From a virus (taxonomy: Duplodnaviria > Caudoviricetes), in IMG/VR virus record IMGVR_UViG_3300042881_002516, positions 1,293 to 65,292 of that record: a stretch of 64,000 nucleotides of DNA, one strand, 5' to 3'. Below, piece after piece: positions 26,879-35,119 of the stretch (position 1 is its first letter; each line of letters starts with the position of its first letter). Below the pieces are notes generated by a model. It did not search any database. It was not told where the DNA came from and saw nothing but the letters and a program-made list of their open reading frames with translations. Position numbers and translations under genes: made by a program.

Positions 26879-27024
26879 GGCTGCACCTCCATAGCGCGCA
26901 GCACGCGCTCGAGCTCGGAGCAAACCTTGTAACTGTTCTCTGCTCCCGGAACTCGAAAACAAGGGGCGCTGTTCAACGCACGCAACGCAAGCCGCAATAC
27001 GGCTATGACTTCTGCCTTATCCAC
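26875..27024 (-). CDS. hypothetical early protein (49 aa, GTG start, not in track)
   Basis: AGAAAGGAG SD; ATGA overlap with the next gene. Confidence 0.5.
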   Translation of the reverse strand: MDKAEVIAVLRLALRALNSAPCFRVPGAENSYKVCSELERVLRAMEVQP

Positions 27025-27072
27025 ATGAATCTCCTTTCTGCTTTCTAGCTAGGAACATTCCTAGCGTCGGCG

Positions 27073-27101
27073 AACCTACCCCGCCTCGATCAACTTGTCA
27101 A
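27073..27101 (-). promoter_or_regulatory. sigma70-like early promoter followed by 8-bp palindrome (27048-27065)
   Basis: TTGACA-N17-TAGGTT; GCTAGGAA-N2-TTCCTAGC. Confidence 0.65.
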
Positions 27102-27103
27102 CT
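27088..27103 (-). repeat. 16-bp inverted repeat, right copy
   Basis: Plus strand GATCAACTTGTCAACT is the reverse complement of 21518-21533. Confidence 0.85.
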
Positions 27104-27520
27104 GTTCATCAACTCCAGTTCGAGCATGCCCCACGGCATGCTGCCGTAGTGCCACGACGCAAGCGGGGTCGTATCCACCCCCGCACGTGCGAGCTCGAGT
27201 ACCTGATCGCCACGGTACAACAGTAGTTGACCATCCTTGCTCGCTGTCTTTTTGTACGGCACAAACAAAACCAAAATGAACGTCGTGCATCCGATCTCGG
27301 CATGGCGCGCATGGAAGGCGACCTGATGGGGAGACAAACGAACGCGCCGCCCATACGTCACGACCTTCAGCTCGAGAGGGGCAAAAGTACCCGAGCGGGG
27401 CAGGGCAACCAGACAGTCCGGGAAGCCCTGATTAACCCGTGACTCAATCCGGGTAAAAAGGCAGCTTGGGAGGTTTTCTTTCAACCTCTGGTACAGCTTC
27501 GTCTCTGGCTTCGCTGGCAT
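27098..27520 (-). CDS. PD-(D/E)XK nuclease (VRR-NUC / Holliday junction resolvase-like)
   Basis: E..LY...RIE....GFPD...LELKV...LSPHQVAFH. Confidence 0.8.
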   Translation of the reverse strand: MPAKPETKLYQRLKENLPSCLFTRIESRVNQGFPDCLVALPRSGTFAPLELKVVTYGRRVRLSPHQVAFHARHAEIGCTTFILVLFVPYKKTASKDGQLLLYRGDQVLELARAGVDTTPLASWHYGSMPWGMLELELMNS

Positions 27521-28124
27521 CCTTCGGTTCCTCTTCCAGACTCTCGGCTACCTGTTCCGGTGTGACGTCGATCACAGGGCTGCCGTTGCCGTACAGCTTC
27601 TTGATCTCCTGCAACTTTCGCATGACCTCCTCCTTGCTCATGGAGTCGATCGTACCGTGCCTGATCTCCTTGCGATCGATGTAGATCGTGCCCAAGGCCT
27701 GGCCTCGACGGTATTCAGCCTGGACAGCAGCGCCATAGGCTCCCGCCGCCAGTGCCTGGTCGCGGATCACCTGTAGGTCGCGCATGTGACGCTCGTAGGT
27801 CGTGCCGTACTTCTCGGCCATCTCCGCGCGCATCTTCTGGATCGCAGCGACGATGTGCGGGTTCTTGTCTGGGTCGGTCAGATCCTCGGCGCGCCGCTTG
27901 GCGTTCTTCTCTGGCCACCCTGCACGAACCACGGCCTCCCGCAGAGTCACGTGGCCGTCCCCGGCTACGAACTCGTTGACGAACTTCCATTCCTGCGTGG
28001 TGAGCTGCTTCTGCTTCTTCGGGACGTTAGGGACAGGGCGGTTGATTTTCTCGATCGTCTTCGGCTGAAGCCCTCTGCTGATCTGCTTGCCGAACTCCTT
28101 GTCCGCCTTGCTAGTCAGCTTCAC
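27444..28124 (-). CDS. terS: terminase small subunit
   Basis: LT.QEWKFV.EF...EAVVRAG...A..L...PHIVAAI...A.QAEYRRG; GTG start at 28124 (GTGA overlap). Confidence 0.75.
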   Translation of the reverse strand: MKLTSKADKEFGKQISRGLQPKTIEKINRPVPNVPKKQKQLTTQEWKFVNEFVAGDGHVTLREAVVRAGWPEKNAKRRAEDLTDPDKNPHIVAAIQKMRAEMAEKYGTTYERHMRDLQVIRDQALAAGAYGAAVQAEYRRGQALGTIYIDRKEIRHGTIDSMSKEEVMRKLQEIKKLYGNGSPVIDVTPEQVAESLEEEPKDASEARDEAVPEVERKPPKLPFYPD

Positions 28125-28336
28125 GCGACCCTCCAGACCCGCCAGCCCTCCGGGACACGCCGGCACGAAAACTTCGTCCCATGCCGCTTGGAGAACATCC
28201 AGGCGGCGCTACGCGCGTTCTTGGCAGCTTCGGCATCTGGTAGCAGGAAGCTGTCCCCTACGGCCATGACAGGGAAGGGGTACTTCTCCCGCTGGGCTTC
28301 GGCGGGGATCGGGATGCCCGTGTCAACTGTTAACAT
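28121..28336 (-). CDS. small DNA-binding-like phage protein
   Basis: IPIP....KYPF..M.VGDSF...G.RVWRV family. Confidence 0.7.
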   Translation of the reverse strand: MLTVDTGIPIPAEAQREKYPFPVMAVGDSFLLPDAEAAKNARSAAWMFSKRHGTKFSCRRVPEGWRVWRVA

Positions 28337-28394
28337 GCCAACAGTCTACTATGGGTAATTCAAGATCGTCCAGTGGGGTCAGGGCCGCTAGTAG

Positions 28395-28625
28395 TCCTCA
28401 AATAGGGTCTAGTGAAAAAAAAATTTCTCGAAAAAAGGTCGCGCGCGCATCCCAGATAAATTTCACTGAATCAGTTAGTGTAAGTCACTGTGTACTCGTA
28501 ACTTACTGATTCTATTGTCTTCTTACACCTATTACAGCATTACGGTAAATTTTAAAATTTTTTGAAAAAAAAACTAGTAGACCCCTTCTGGGTTCTACTG
28601 GAGCCGTTAGCGGCCCGTTTTTATG
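28395..28625. other. AT-rich non-coding region, putative replication origin
   Basis: A/T tracts, repeated TTAC/GTAA, flanking GGGTCTA / TAGACCC inverted repeat. Confidence 0.5.
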
Positions 28626-28961
28626 TACTTTTTGTTAGTTTTCTGCCATATTGACCCGTGGTCCATGATCCATGGTGAACAAATGAAGCCAGTTGACCTT
28701 GAACACATTGACAAGTGGTACGCTTACAACCCCGATACAGGGGAGGTGTACCGCAAGACGACCTACGCCACCCTTTGCACCCCTGACACTCACGGGGGTT
28801 ACATAGCCAACATCCGTGGCAGGGTATGCTCGGTGCATCGCATCGCGTGGTTCTTGAGCCACGGCGAGTGGCCCCCGTTCAACCTTCGCCATCGCGACGG
28901 CAACCGCCGTAACAACCGCATCGACAATCTGGAACCGGTTTCCATCAGGCACCCCAAATAA
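28623..28961 (+). CDS. HNH endonuclease (HNH_3-like)
   Basis: YNPDTG...HRIAWFL.HGEWP...HRDGNRRNNRIDNL; start may be 28683. Confidence 0.75.
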   Translation: MYFLLVFCHIDPWSMIHGEQMKPVDLEHIDKWYAYNPDTGEVYRKTTYATLCTPDTHGGYIANIRGRVCSVHRIAWFLSHGEWPPFNLRHRDGNRRNNRIDNLEPVSIRHPK

Positions 28962-28986
28962 AAAACCCCGCCCTTTCGGGCGGGGT
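28960..28986 (-). terminator. rho-independent terminator
   Basis: ACCCCGCCC-GAAA-GGGCGGGGT followed by TTTTT. Confidence 0.85.
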
Positions 28987-29040
28987 CGGCGGCAAGTGCA
29001 GGGTGGGTGTCCCCTCTCTAGGGAGCGCCGCCTAGGCTAG

Positions 29041-29274
29041 CTACTGAACTTCGGAGCCCATGATCTGCTTAAACCGTCCTTCGAGCATCTGTGCGGCTGC
29101 GTGAGCCGGCATGATCTCGCCGAACTCGATCTCCGACACGTCGAGGTCCTGATCCATGGTCCCTGGCACGTGGACCACGGGGCCTACGAGCCCGTAGCGC
29201 GTCCCGTTGATGGTGACGACCACCATCTGTACGAGCGGCATGTCATCGGTCGTGACGAAGTTGATGTGTTTCAT
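29041..29274 (-). CDS. hypothetical protein
   Basis: Coupled ORF. Confidence 0.55.
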   Translation of the reverse strand: MKHINFVTTDDMPLVQMVVVTINGTRYGLVGPVVHVPGTMDQDLDVSEIEFGEIMPAHAAAQMLEGRFKQIMGSEVQ

Positions 29275-29510
29275 ACAGTTTGGATCTTGCGCTTGGATTC
29301 CATCCAGTGCAAGTCGATGAGCAGGCTCTCGACTTGTGCCTTCAGGCCATCCCGTTCGTCCTTGAGCTGCTTGATCTCCTCCGAGAGTGCCTCTACGAGA
29401 CAGTCCTGGACCTCGATACGGCGACGCAGGGCAAAGATGTACTCCCGCATAGCCAGATCCTCCACTGGCTGTGGCGGGTCCTCTGTGCTGTTTATGGCCG
29501 GTCGGAGCAT
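29271..29510 (-). CDS. hypothetical coiled-coil protein
   Basis: Coupled ORF. Confidence 0.55.
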   Translation of the reverse strand: MLRPAINSTEDPPQPVEDLAMREYIFALRRRIEVQDCLVEALSEEIKQLKDERDGLKAQVESLLIDLHWMESKRKIQTV

Positions 29511-30037
29511 TAACGGACCCTCCCCCGCAGCTTGTCCGCCACGAGCTTGGCGTAGCCGGCGATATCGTCCCAGTTATCGATCTTGTCGGGGTTGCCGTTG
29601 ACGATGCGTGACATCTTGCTCGCGATCATCTCGAGGGCTTCCCACTGTTCGTCCGAGAAGAGGCTTCCCATCTCATCGGCGTGGTCGGCCATGGCGCGCT
29701 TGAGGGCTTGGGCGAGCCGGGCGTTATCGGCGAACGCGCCGTAGTCCTTGGCCCGTGAGTCGAGGATCGCGTCCACTGTATCGGCCTTCGGTGCGATCGC
29801 GTCCATCTCCTTCAGCACCTTGTCCAAGAGTTTCCCGCGTTCGGTGAGGAACTTCACGCCCTCGGCCGTCTTGGTCGGCTTGCCAACCGCCTTGTCCCGC
29901 AGCTTGTAGGCGTAGGGAATGGAGATATTGAAGCGTTCGGCGACGCCACGGACCTTCGCACCGGGGTTATCGAGGAACCACTGGTAGGCCTTGGTCGTGA
30001 AGTCAGACTTCTTGAGCTTTTTAGTACGAGTTTTCAT
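29510..30037 (-). CDS. HTH plus DUF6378-like protein
   Basis: R...YG.F...EALEMI.SK.SRI.NG.P...DNW.DIAGYA.L. Confidence 0.7.
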   Translation of the reverse strand: MKTRTKKLKKSDFTTKAYQWFLDNPGAKVRGVAERFNISIPYAYKLRDKAVGKPTKTAEGVKFLTERGKLLDKVLKEMDAIAPKADTVDAILDSRAKDYGAFADNARLAQALKRAMADHADEMGSLFSDEQWEALEMIASKMSRIVNGNPDKIDNWDDIAGYAKLVADKLRGRVR

Positions 30038-30264
30038 CGAAGGTTATCCTTTTGTTGAAGCATGTAAGCCATGCAAGAGGGCGGGATGTGTTGTTCGCCT
30101 GAGTCAAACGCACAGGCGGCTTCGATAGGATCGGTAGACCCTTCGAGGTAGGTAGTGCGTAGATAGCTTTTGTAAACGATCGTGCCTGCGATACTGAACG
30201 CCAGGCCGACAAGTAACACAATCAACGCTATAAACACGTAACTATCAGTCTTATCTGTATTCAT
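30034..30264 (-). CDS. small membrane protein
   Basis: One TM segment; AGAAAGGAG SD; start reassigned. Confidence 0.55.
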   Translation of the reverse strand: MNTDKTDSYVFIALIVLLVGLAFSIAGTIVYKSYLRTTYLEGSTDPIEAACAFDSGEQHIPPSCMAYMLQQKDNLR

Positions 30265-30293
30265 CGAGTTCTCCTTTCTATGCTTTCTAACAG

Positions 30294-30449
30294 TTAAAAG
30301 TAGTCTCTTCCGCCTCTCGAACATCTCCAGTTAGGTGGTGGGAGGTGTTTATCTAGCGGCCTGCGTTTATACCGCAGGATCAAAGTTATAACAACAGTGG
30401 CCAACAAAAACAATAGTAGCGTTAGGCCGTTCATCAAGATCTCCTTCAT
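30294..30449 (-). CDS. small membrane protein (51 aa, not in track)
   Basis: MKEILMNGLTLLLFLLATVVITLILRYKRR...; ATGA overlap. Confidence 0.45.
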   Translation of the reverse strand: MKEILMNGLTLLLFLLATVVITLILRYKRRPLDKHLPPPNWRCSRGGRDYF

Positions 30450-30817
30450 TTCTTCTTTCTCCTGGCCGTTATACCCTGCTGTTCCTCCCAGTGCAACACC
30501 CTATGACAGTTGGCACAAAGCGGTATGCACTTCTCCTCCGCCTCGCGGATCGCCTCGGCTATGTTTCTCTGCCTCACCGCCAACTTATTGACCGATCGCT
30601 TGCCCTCTTTGATCACGTGGTGGAAGTCGATGATCGCTGGATGCGTCTTTCGGCAATGGCTACAGCGCTGCTTAGACTTGTACGCGATCCACTCTGTTCT
30701 ATTTTTATCCCTAGCCTCCCTGGAGTTATTGATAACCTTTCGTCTGTTTGATTCGTACCACTTCCGTGCGTACACCTTTTGTTTGGCCTTGCGTACGGCC
30801 TCGTCCTTGAACGGCAT
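30446..30817 (-). CDS. HNH-like Zn-binding nuclease
   Basis: CSHC...IDFHH...KC..LCANCHR..H. Confidence 0.75.
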   Translation of the reverse strand: MPFKDEAVRKAKQKVYARKWYESNRRKVINNSREARDKNRTEWIAYKSKQRCSHCRKTHPAIIDFHHVIKEGKRSVNKLAVRQRNIAEAIREAEEKCIPLCANCHRVLHWEEQQGITARRKKK

Positions 30818-30825
30818 CGAACCCC

Positions 30826-31251
30826 CTATAACCGTTTACGCCAGTACACCGCTCTAGCAAAGGAGTAACGGACTGTCGGTTCGTAGGTTTTGAAACCACA
30901 GGCGATGAGGTTATTGGCGCTTGGTACGTTGTCGGTCGTATCGGATACGGCCCACTTGTAACCGTGGCGCTTGGCCCATGCCAGACGAACGCGGATGAGT
31001 TTTCGTTGAACCCCCTTGCCCCGAGCGGCGGGGGTGACCCCGCACCGGCCGAGGTAGACACCTTGTGGCGTCTGCTCCGAGGGGCAGAGGCACGCGAACG
31101 CTATCGGCGTGTGCCGATGATAAGCGAGCCACCAGACCCCCTCTTCCGGAAAGTACAGAGAGTCGTGCGGCAGACAAGCCCGTTGCAGCGCGACTAGTGC
31201 TTCTTTGGTTTCCGGATTTGAAGGGTCGACCTGTGTACAGACGACCTTCAT
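30826..31251 (-). CDS. GNAT family acetyltransferase
   Basis: RCGV.PAARGKGVQRKLI (motif A), N..S.NNL..CGF. Confidence 0.85.
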   Translation of the reverse strand: MKVVCTQVDPSNPETKEALVALQRACLPHDSLYFPEEGVWWLAYHRHTPIAFACLCPSEQTPQGVYLGRCGVTPAARGKGVQRKLIRVRLAWAKRHGYKWAVSDTTDNVPSANNLIACGFKTYEPTVRYSFARAVYWRKRL

Positions 31252-31259
31252 AGGCCGTC

Positions 31260-31287
31260 AGTGTACAAAGATTGCGTGTTATTTCAA
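31260..31287 (-). promoter_or_regulatory. sigma70-like promoter for the GNAT gene
   Basis: TTGAAA-N16-TACACT-N8-ATG. Confidence 0.5.
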
Positions 31288-31572
31288 CGACACGCCGTAG
31301 TATCTTGAGACTGTTTCAATAGCGTTCAAATGATTAGATATCTCGGCGATATCACGATCCTTGTCGGGATCAAAGATGGCGATGCCCTTACCTGACTTGC
31401 GGCTTTTAAGGTCCTTGGTCAGTGATCCGTGGATACTGCGAAGTTCCACTTGCATGATCTGCTCAACAAGCTCGCACGATAGTTCGAGCTTCAGTTCCTG
31501 TGTCACCTTGGGCAGGAACCGCTTTGCGGCCTTCTTGCCGAGTGTGCGCTCTAGTACCGCTTTGCGGCTCAT
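31279..31572 (-). CDS. hypothetical protein
   Basis: Coupled ORF; start reassigned. Confidence 0.55.
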   Translation of the reverse strand: MSRKAVLERTLGKKAAKRFLPKVTQELKLELSCELVEQIMQVELRSIHGSLTKDLKSRKSGKGIAIFDPDKDRDIAEISNHLNAIETVSRYYGVSLK

Positions 31573-31790
31573 TTTTTGATCTCCACTTCGGCCTCTGTCT
31601 CGATCCACACTCTCGCTCCGCACGCGAGCGGCTTGTCGGGGGAGTAGACCACCTTCGACGGGCCCTTTACCTCGACCTCATGTGCGTAGGTGTTGGACTT
31701 GTAGTTCTTGACGGTGATGACCGGTTCGTCGGTCCCGTTTTTGACGTTGCGCTTTATGGCGTGTTGATTCACATGTATGACGGTCTTCAT
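31569..31790 (-). CDS. conserved phage protein
   Basis: IHVNQH.I..N...P.ITVK...GPS.VVY...PL.CGARVWIET. Confidence 0.7.
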   Translation of the reverse strand: MKTVIHVNQHAIKRNVKNGTDEPVITVKNYKSNTYAHEVEVKGPSKVVYSPDKPLACGARVWIETEAEVEIKK

Positions 31791-32014
31791 TGCAGCTCGC
31801 CTCGCTTCCAAAGAATGTAATCATACTGCTTGATTCCCCGGTGCAGAGCAGAGGCCAGGTGCATAGGGTTCAGGCCCCACTCTTGTGCGAGGGGTTTGTA
31901 GTTGATGCGCTTTTTGTTGGCCCTGGCGCTGGCCCTTCGTTCACGCAATACCTTGTACTGCTCAAACGTGATGCCTGGGTTGTAGCGAGACGGGCGGGTG
32001 TATTCTTTCTTCAT
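31787..32014 (-). CDS. hypothetical (HTH-like) protein
   Basis: Coupled ORF. Confidence 0.5.
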   Translation of the reverse strand: MKKEYTRPSRYNPGITFEQYKVLRERRASARANKKRINYKPLAQEWGLNPMHLASALHRGIKQYDYILWKRGELQ

Positions 32015-32214
32015 AACTGTTTGTCGTGTATGTACCGTTGAACGCCTTCGATGTAGCCACGGTAAAAGGCCATCCGAACTTCCTGCATCTCAAGCTCCGT
32101 GGGCCGTCGTCCGTAAGCCTTCTGCCCCCGTGCCCAATCCTGCACGTACACGTCCGCCACAGTGGACGCTTTCTCGTATAGCCAGTTACCGAGTGACGTG
32201 GTGGTTTCGTTCAT
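32011..32214 (-). CDS. hypothetical protein
   Basis: ATGA-coupled; start reassigned. Confidence 0.5.
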   Translation of the reverse strand: MNETTTSLGNWLYEKASTVADVYVQDWARGQKAYGRRPTELEMQEVRMAFYRGYIEGVQRYIHDKQL

Positions 32215-32390
32215 TTGTTTCTCGGAGGTAAGTGCTTCCATCCTTTTGGGGTTTGTACAAAGCCGATCGAGACCATGGCCTCGATGGTGCGGCATTCCCC
32301 GCCTAGACGCTTGTGCGTTCGGAAGCTCTCGGGTGTGACAAACACCTGTTTACATTCCGTGCACCGGCGAACCTTGGAGACGACGCTCAT
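32211..32390 (-). CDS. small Zn-finger protein (59 aa, not in track)
   Basis: CTECKQVF.....FRTH....C; ATGA overlaps at both ends. Confidence 0.55.
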   Translation of the reverse strand: MSVVSKVRRCTECKQVFVTPESFRTHKRLGGECRTIEAMVSIGFVQTPKGWKHLPPRNK

Positions 32391-32581
32391 TGGTCACGAG
32401 TCTCAAGCATGATATCGGCCAGGCGGTAGGCCTTCTGTACGGCCGAGTACACAGACTCAATATCGTCGCGGGTCACGATGCCGGTCAAGGCATGTGCTGC
32501 AAAGTAATCCCGTAGCGTGAGGCCCCCCTCGATCTTCGCTTCGCCCTTATCGTCAACTACACGTTCCGGAAAGATATTCAT
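32387..32581 (-). CDS. conserved phage protein
   Basis: GLTLRDYFAA.AL...AY.LAD.ML. Confidence 0.7.
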   Translation of the reverse strand: MNIFPERVVDDKGEAKIEGGLTLRDYFAAHALTGIVTRDDIESVYSAVQKAYRLADIMLETRDQ

Positions 32582-32808
32582 TCGCCTACTAACTCCTCAA
32601 TGATGTCATCCTCAATCAACATGCGCTGTGACTCGCTCAATATCTTGAGTATATTCACGCGCGCGACCTTGCCGTCAGGCTTTTCGAGCGAGACGTACGC
32701 CGACGTTAGCTCGATCATGGGCGGCAGGACGTAATCCGCCACTTGGATCGGATCCAAGACGTCATAAGTTATAGCGACGTCGAGGCTTATCTGTGTCTGG
32801 TGTTTCAT
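32578..32808 (-). CDS. hypothetical protein
   Basis: Start reassigned to MKHQTQ. Confidence 0.45.
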   Translation of the reverse strand: MKHQTQISLDVAITYDVLDPIQVADYVLPPMIELTSAYVSLEKPDGKVARVNILKILSESQRMLIEDDIIEELVGE

Positions 32809-33199
32809 CTTTCTTCCTATTGGCCTCGATGCGTGCGAGCAGCTCGGCCTCTTTGTAGGTGGTCTCAAACAGCTCGTCGATGTGCTCTCGGATGATCGTG
32901 GCCATGCTCTTTTTGTAGAACTTGGCGATCTCTTTGAGCTTCTGGTGCGTTTCGAGCGGCACCATCACGCTGTGAAACTTCGCGCCTTTGCGACGATCGG
33001 GCGAGTAGCGGCCCGGATAGCGGTACTTACGCTTTCGCCTGTAACGAAACACATACTCCTTCAACTCACGGAGTTTCTGTTTGCCCTCTTCATCCTCGCG
33101 AGCAGCGAGCCGCGCCATACCGAGGCGCGGAAACTTTCTGTTGAAGTCGTCGTAGTACATCTTTGTCCACTGACGACCTTTTGCCAAAGGCTTCTTCAT
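32762..33199 (-). CDS. ribbon-helix-helix-like DNA-binding protein
   Basis: FHSVMVPLETHQKLKEIA....SMATII; AGAAAGGAG SD. Confidence 0.55.
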   Translation of the reverse strand: MKKPLAKGRQWTKMYYDDFNRKFPRLGMARLAAREDEEGKQKLRELKEYVFRYRRKRKYRYPGRYSPDRRKGAKFHSVMVPLETHQKLKEIAKFYKKSMATIIREHIDELFETTYKEAELLARIEANRKKDETPDTDKPRRRYNL

Positions 33200-33250
33200 C
33201 CCGTTCTCCTTTCTTGGGCCAAATGTAGCGCAGCAGCTATGCCAGTGCAA

Positions 33251-35119
33251 CTACCCTTTGGCCTCGCCCCACGACGGGCCGATCTCGGTGTCCACTTTTG
33301 AGGGGACTTCGAGCTGCACGGCGTTGCGCATGATCTCGGCGGCGGCCAAGGCTTCTTCCTTGTTGTTCACGCTCACGGCCACTTCGTCGTGCACCTGGAG
33401 CAGCAAGCGGAAGCCGGCTTTGTTGAGCGCGACCATCGCGGCTTTGGTCTGATCGGCAGCGGAGCCTTGGATCAAACGATTGAGACCTTTGTACGTCATC
33501 GCACGCTTGATCCGTGGTCCGTATTCCACGATCGCTTGCTCGCGCGGCAGCGCCTTGTTGATGCCGTACTCCACCGGTTCCCAAAGCGGGAAGCGGCATT
33601 TACGGCCGAGCAGCGTACGGATCGAGCCACCCGAGGCGGGATGGTCGATGCGCTTCATGACGGAGTTCACCGTGCCTTTGAGGAAGGGGACCTTGAGGTG
33701 GAACGTATTGATGAGCTCTGCCGCTTCATCGAGCGGCAGGTCTAGGGAGTTGGCGAGCTTCTGCTTGCCCATCCCATACATCAATCCGAGGCCAATGGTC
33801 TTGGCGGCTTTGCGTTTGATCCCCGCCATATCCGCCACCATTTGGTGGAAGTCGGTGTTGGGGTCGTTTCGATATGCCTCTGCCATGCGCTCTGCGCCTG
33901 GGAGATCGAGTAGGGTTGCGTAATGGACGAGAAGCCGAGGCTCCTGTGAGCTGAAGTCATTCGCTGCCCAGAGTTGTCCTTCTTCAGGCAGGAAAAGCGA
34001 GCGTACCAGGGGGCCGATGATTTCATGGCGAGCAGGCACCTGTTGCAGGTTAGGGTTGTTCATTGAGAGGCGGCCCGTGACTGTACCACCGTCTTCTGAG
34101 CGCATCTGATTCACGTGCGGGTGGATACGCCCGTCGGCCGCGCTATGGCGCAGGTAGGGCTCGAGGAAGGTGCCGTGAGTCTTGTTGAACTCACGCGCTT
34201 CGATGATGAGTTTGGCGATCTCGTGCGGGTGGCCATCGAGGAAGGTCTTCGTAAAGCTCGGCAAGCCAGTCGTGGTCTTCGGGTACGGGATCCCAAGTTT
34301 GTCGAAGGCTTTGGCGATGCTCGCAGCGGCCCATATGTCAACTTTTTCGCCAGAAATTAACTTGATCTGTTTGATATGTTCGTTTTCTTTACGTTTGAAA
34401 TCATCGATCAGCATCTCGCACTTGCTGCGATCGAAGCGGATGCCCTGGAACGTCAAATCAATCAGCACCGGCAATAGCTCGGTTTCGAGCGTGAAGATGG
34501 ACTCCACCTCGTCCTTGCGGATCAGCGCCTTCAAGTGATGCCAGAGCTTGAGCGTGAGCGCCGCGTCCTGCTCGGCGTAGTCGCCGACGTACATAGCTGG
34601 GAGCTTCCAGAGCTCCTTCTTGGCGTGCACCCCGAAGTCGGAGGCCGCGTCCTTGAGGCCCTGCTCGGACTTCACCTCTTTGAGATAGTCGAAGCCGAGA
34701 CTGTTAAGCGCGTAGCTGAAGCGGTTCTCGTCAATCAGCGGGGCCGCGAGCATGGTGTCGTAGATAGTCCCGTTGACCGTGAACCCTGATGCTCGAAGCC
34801 AGCCCAAGTCATAGGCGGCGTTGTGCATGATCTTGTCGCACGGCAACTCGAGAACCTTCTTCATCCAACGGTTCACGATGCGCTCATCAAGGTTGCCACC
34901 GCCCTGGTGGGCGATCGGGTAGTAGCCCTTCCAACCGTCTACAGCGACGGCGTAGCCGACGATGAACCCGTCCTTCCGGGGCCATCCTGGCCCCATCGAC
35001 TCCATGTTGGGGTCACATGTTTCGAGGTCGATCGCAATCTCCGTTGCGCCGGAAAGGTCTGGGAAAGACGAAGGGGGTACCCATTCAGATGGGCGGTCAA
35101 ACATGGGAACAGTTCTCAT
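33251..35119 (-). CDS. polA: DNA polymerase family A with 3'-5' exonuclease
   Basis: DLET and HNAAYD exonuclease motifs; TVTGRLS..NPNLQQ, DFSSQEPR, KTIGLGLMYG, QVHDE. Confidence 0.95.
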   Translation of the reverse strand: MRTVPMFDRPSEWVPPSSFPDLSGATEIAIDLETCDPNMESMGPGWPRKDGFIVGYAVAVDGWKGYYPIAHQGGGNLDERIVNRWMKKVLELPCDKIMHNAAYDLGWLRASGFTVNGTIYDTMLAAPLIDENRFSYALNSLGFDYLKEVKSEQGLKDAASDFGVHAKKELWKLPAMYVGDYAEQDAALTLKLWHHLKALIRKDEVESIFTLETELLPVLIDLTFQGIRFDRSKCEMLIDDFKRKENEHIKQIKLISGEKVDIWAAASIAKAFDKLGIPYPKTTTGLPSFTKTFLDGHPHEIAKLIIEAREFNKTHGTFLEPYLRHSAADGRIHPHVNQMRSEDGGTVTGRLSMNNPNLQQVPARHEIIGPLVRSLFLPEEGQLWAANDFSSQEPRLLVHYATLLDLPGAERMAEAYRNDPNTDFHQMVADMAGIKRKAAKTIGLGLMYGMGKQKLANSLDLPLDEAAELINTFHLKVPFLKGTVNSVMKRIDHPASGGSIRTLLGRKCRFPLWEPVEYGINKALPREQAIVEYGPRIKRAMTYKGLNRLIQGSAADQTKAAMVALNKAGFRLLLQVHDEVAVSVNNKEEALAAAEIMRNAVQLEVPSKVDTEIGPSWGEAKG

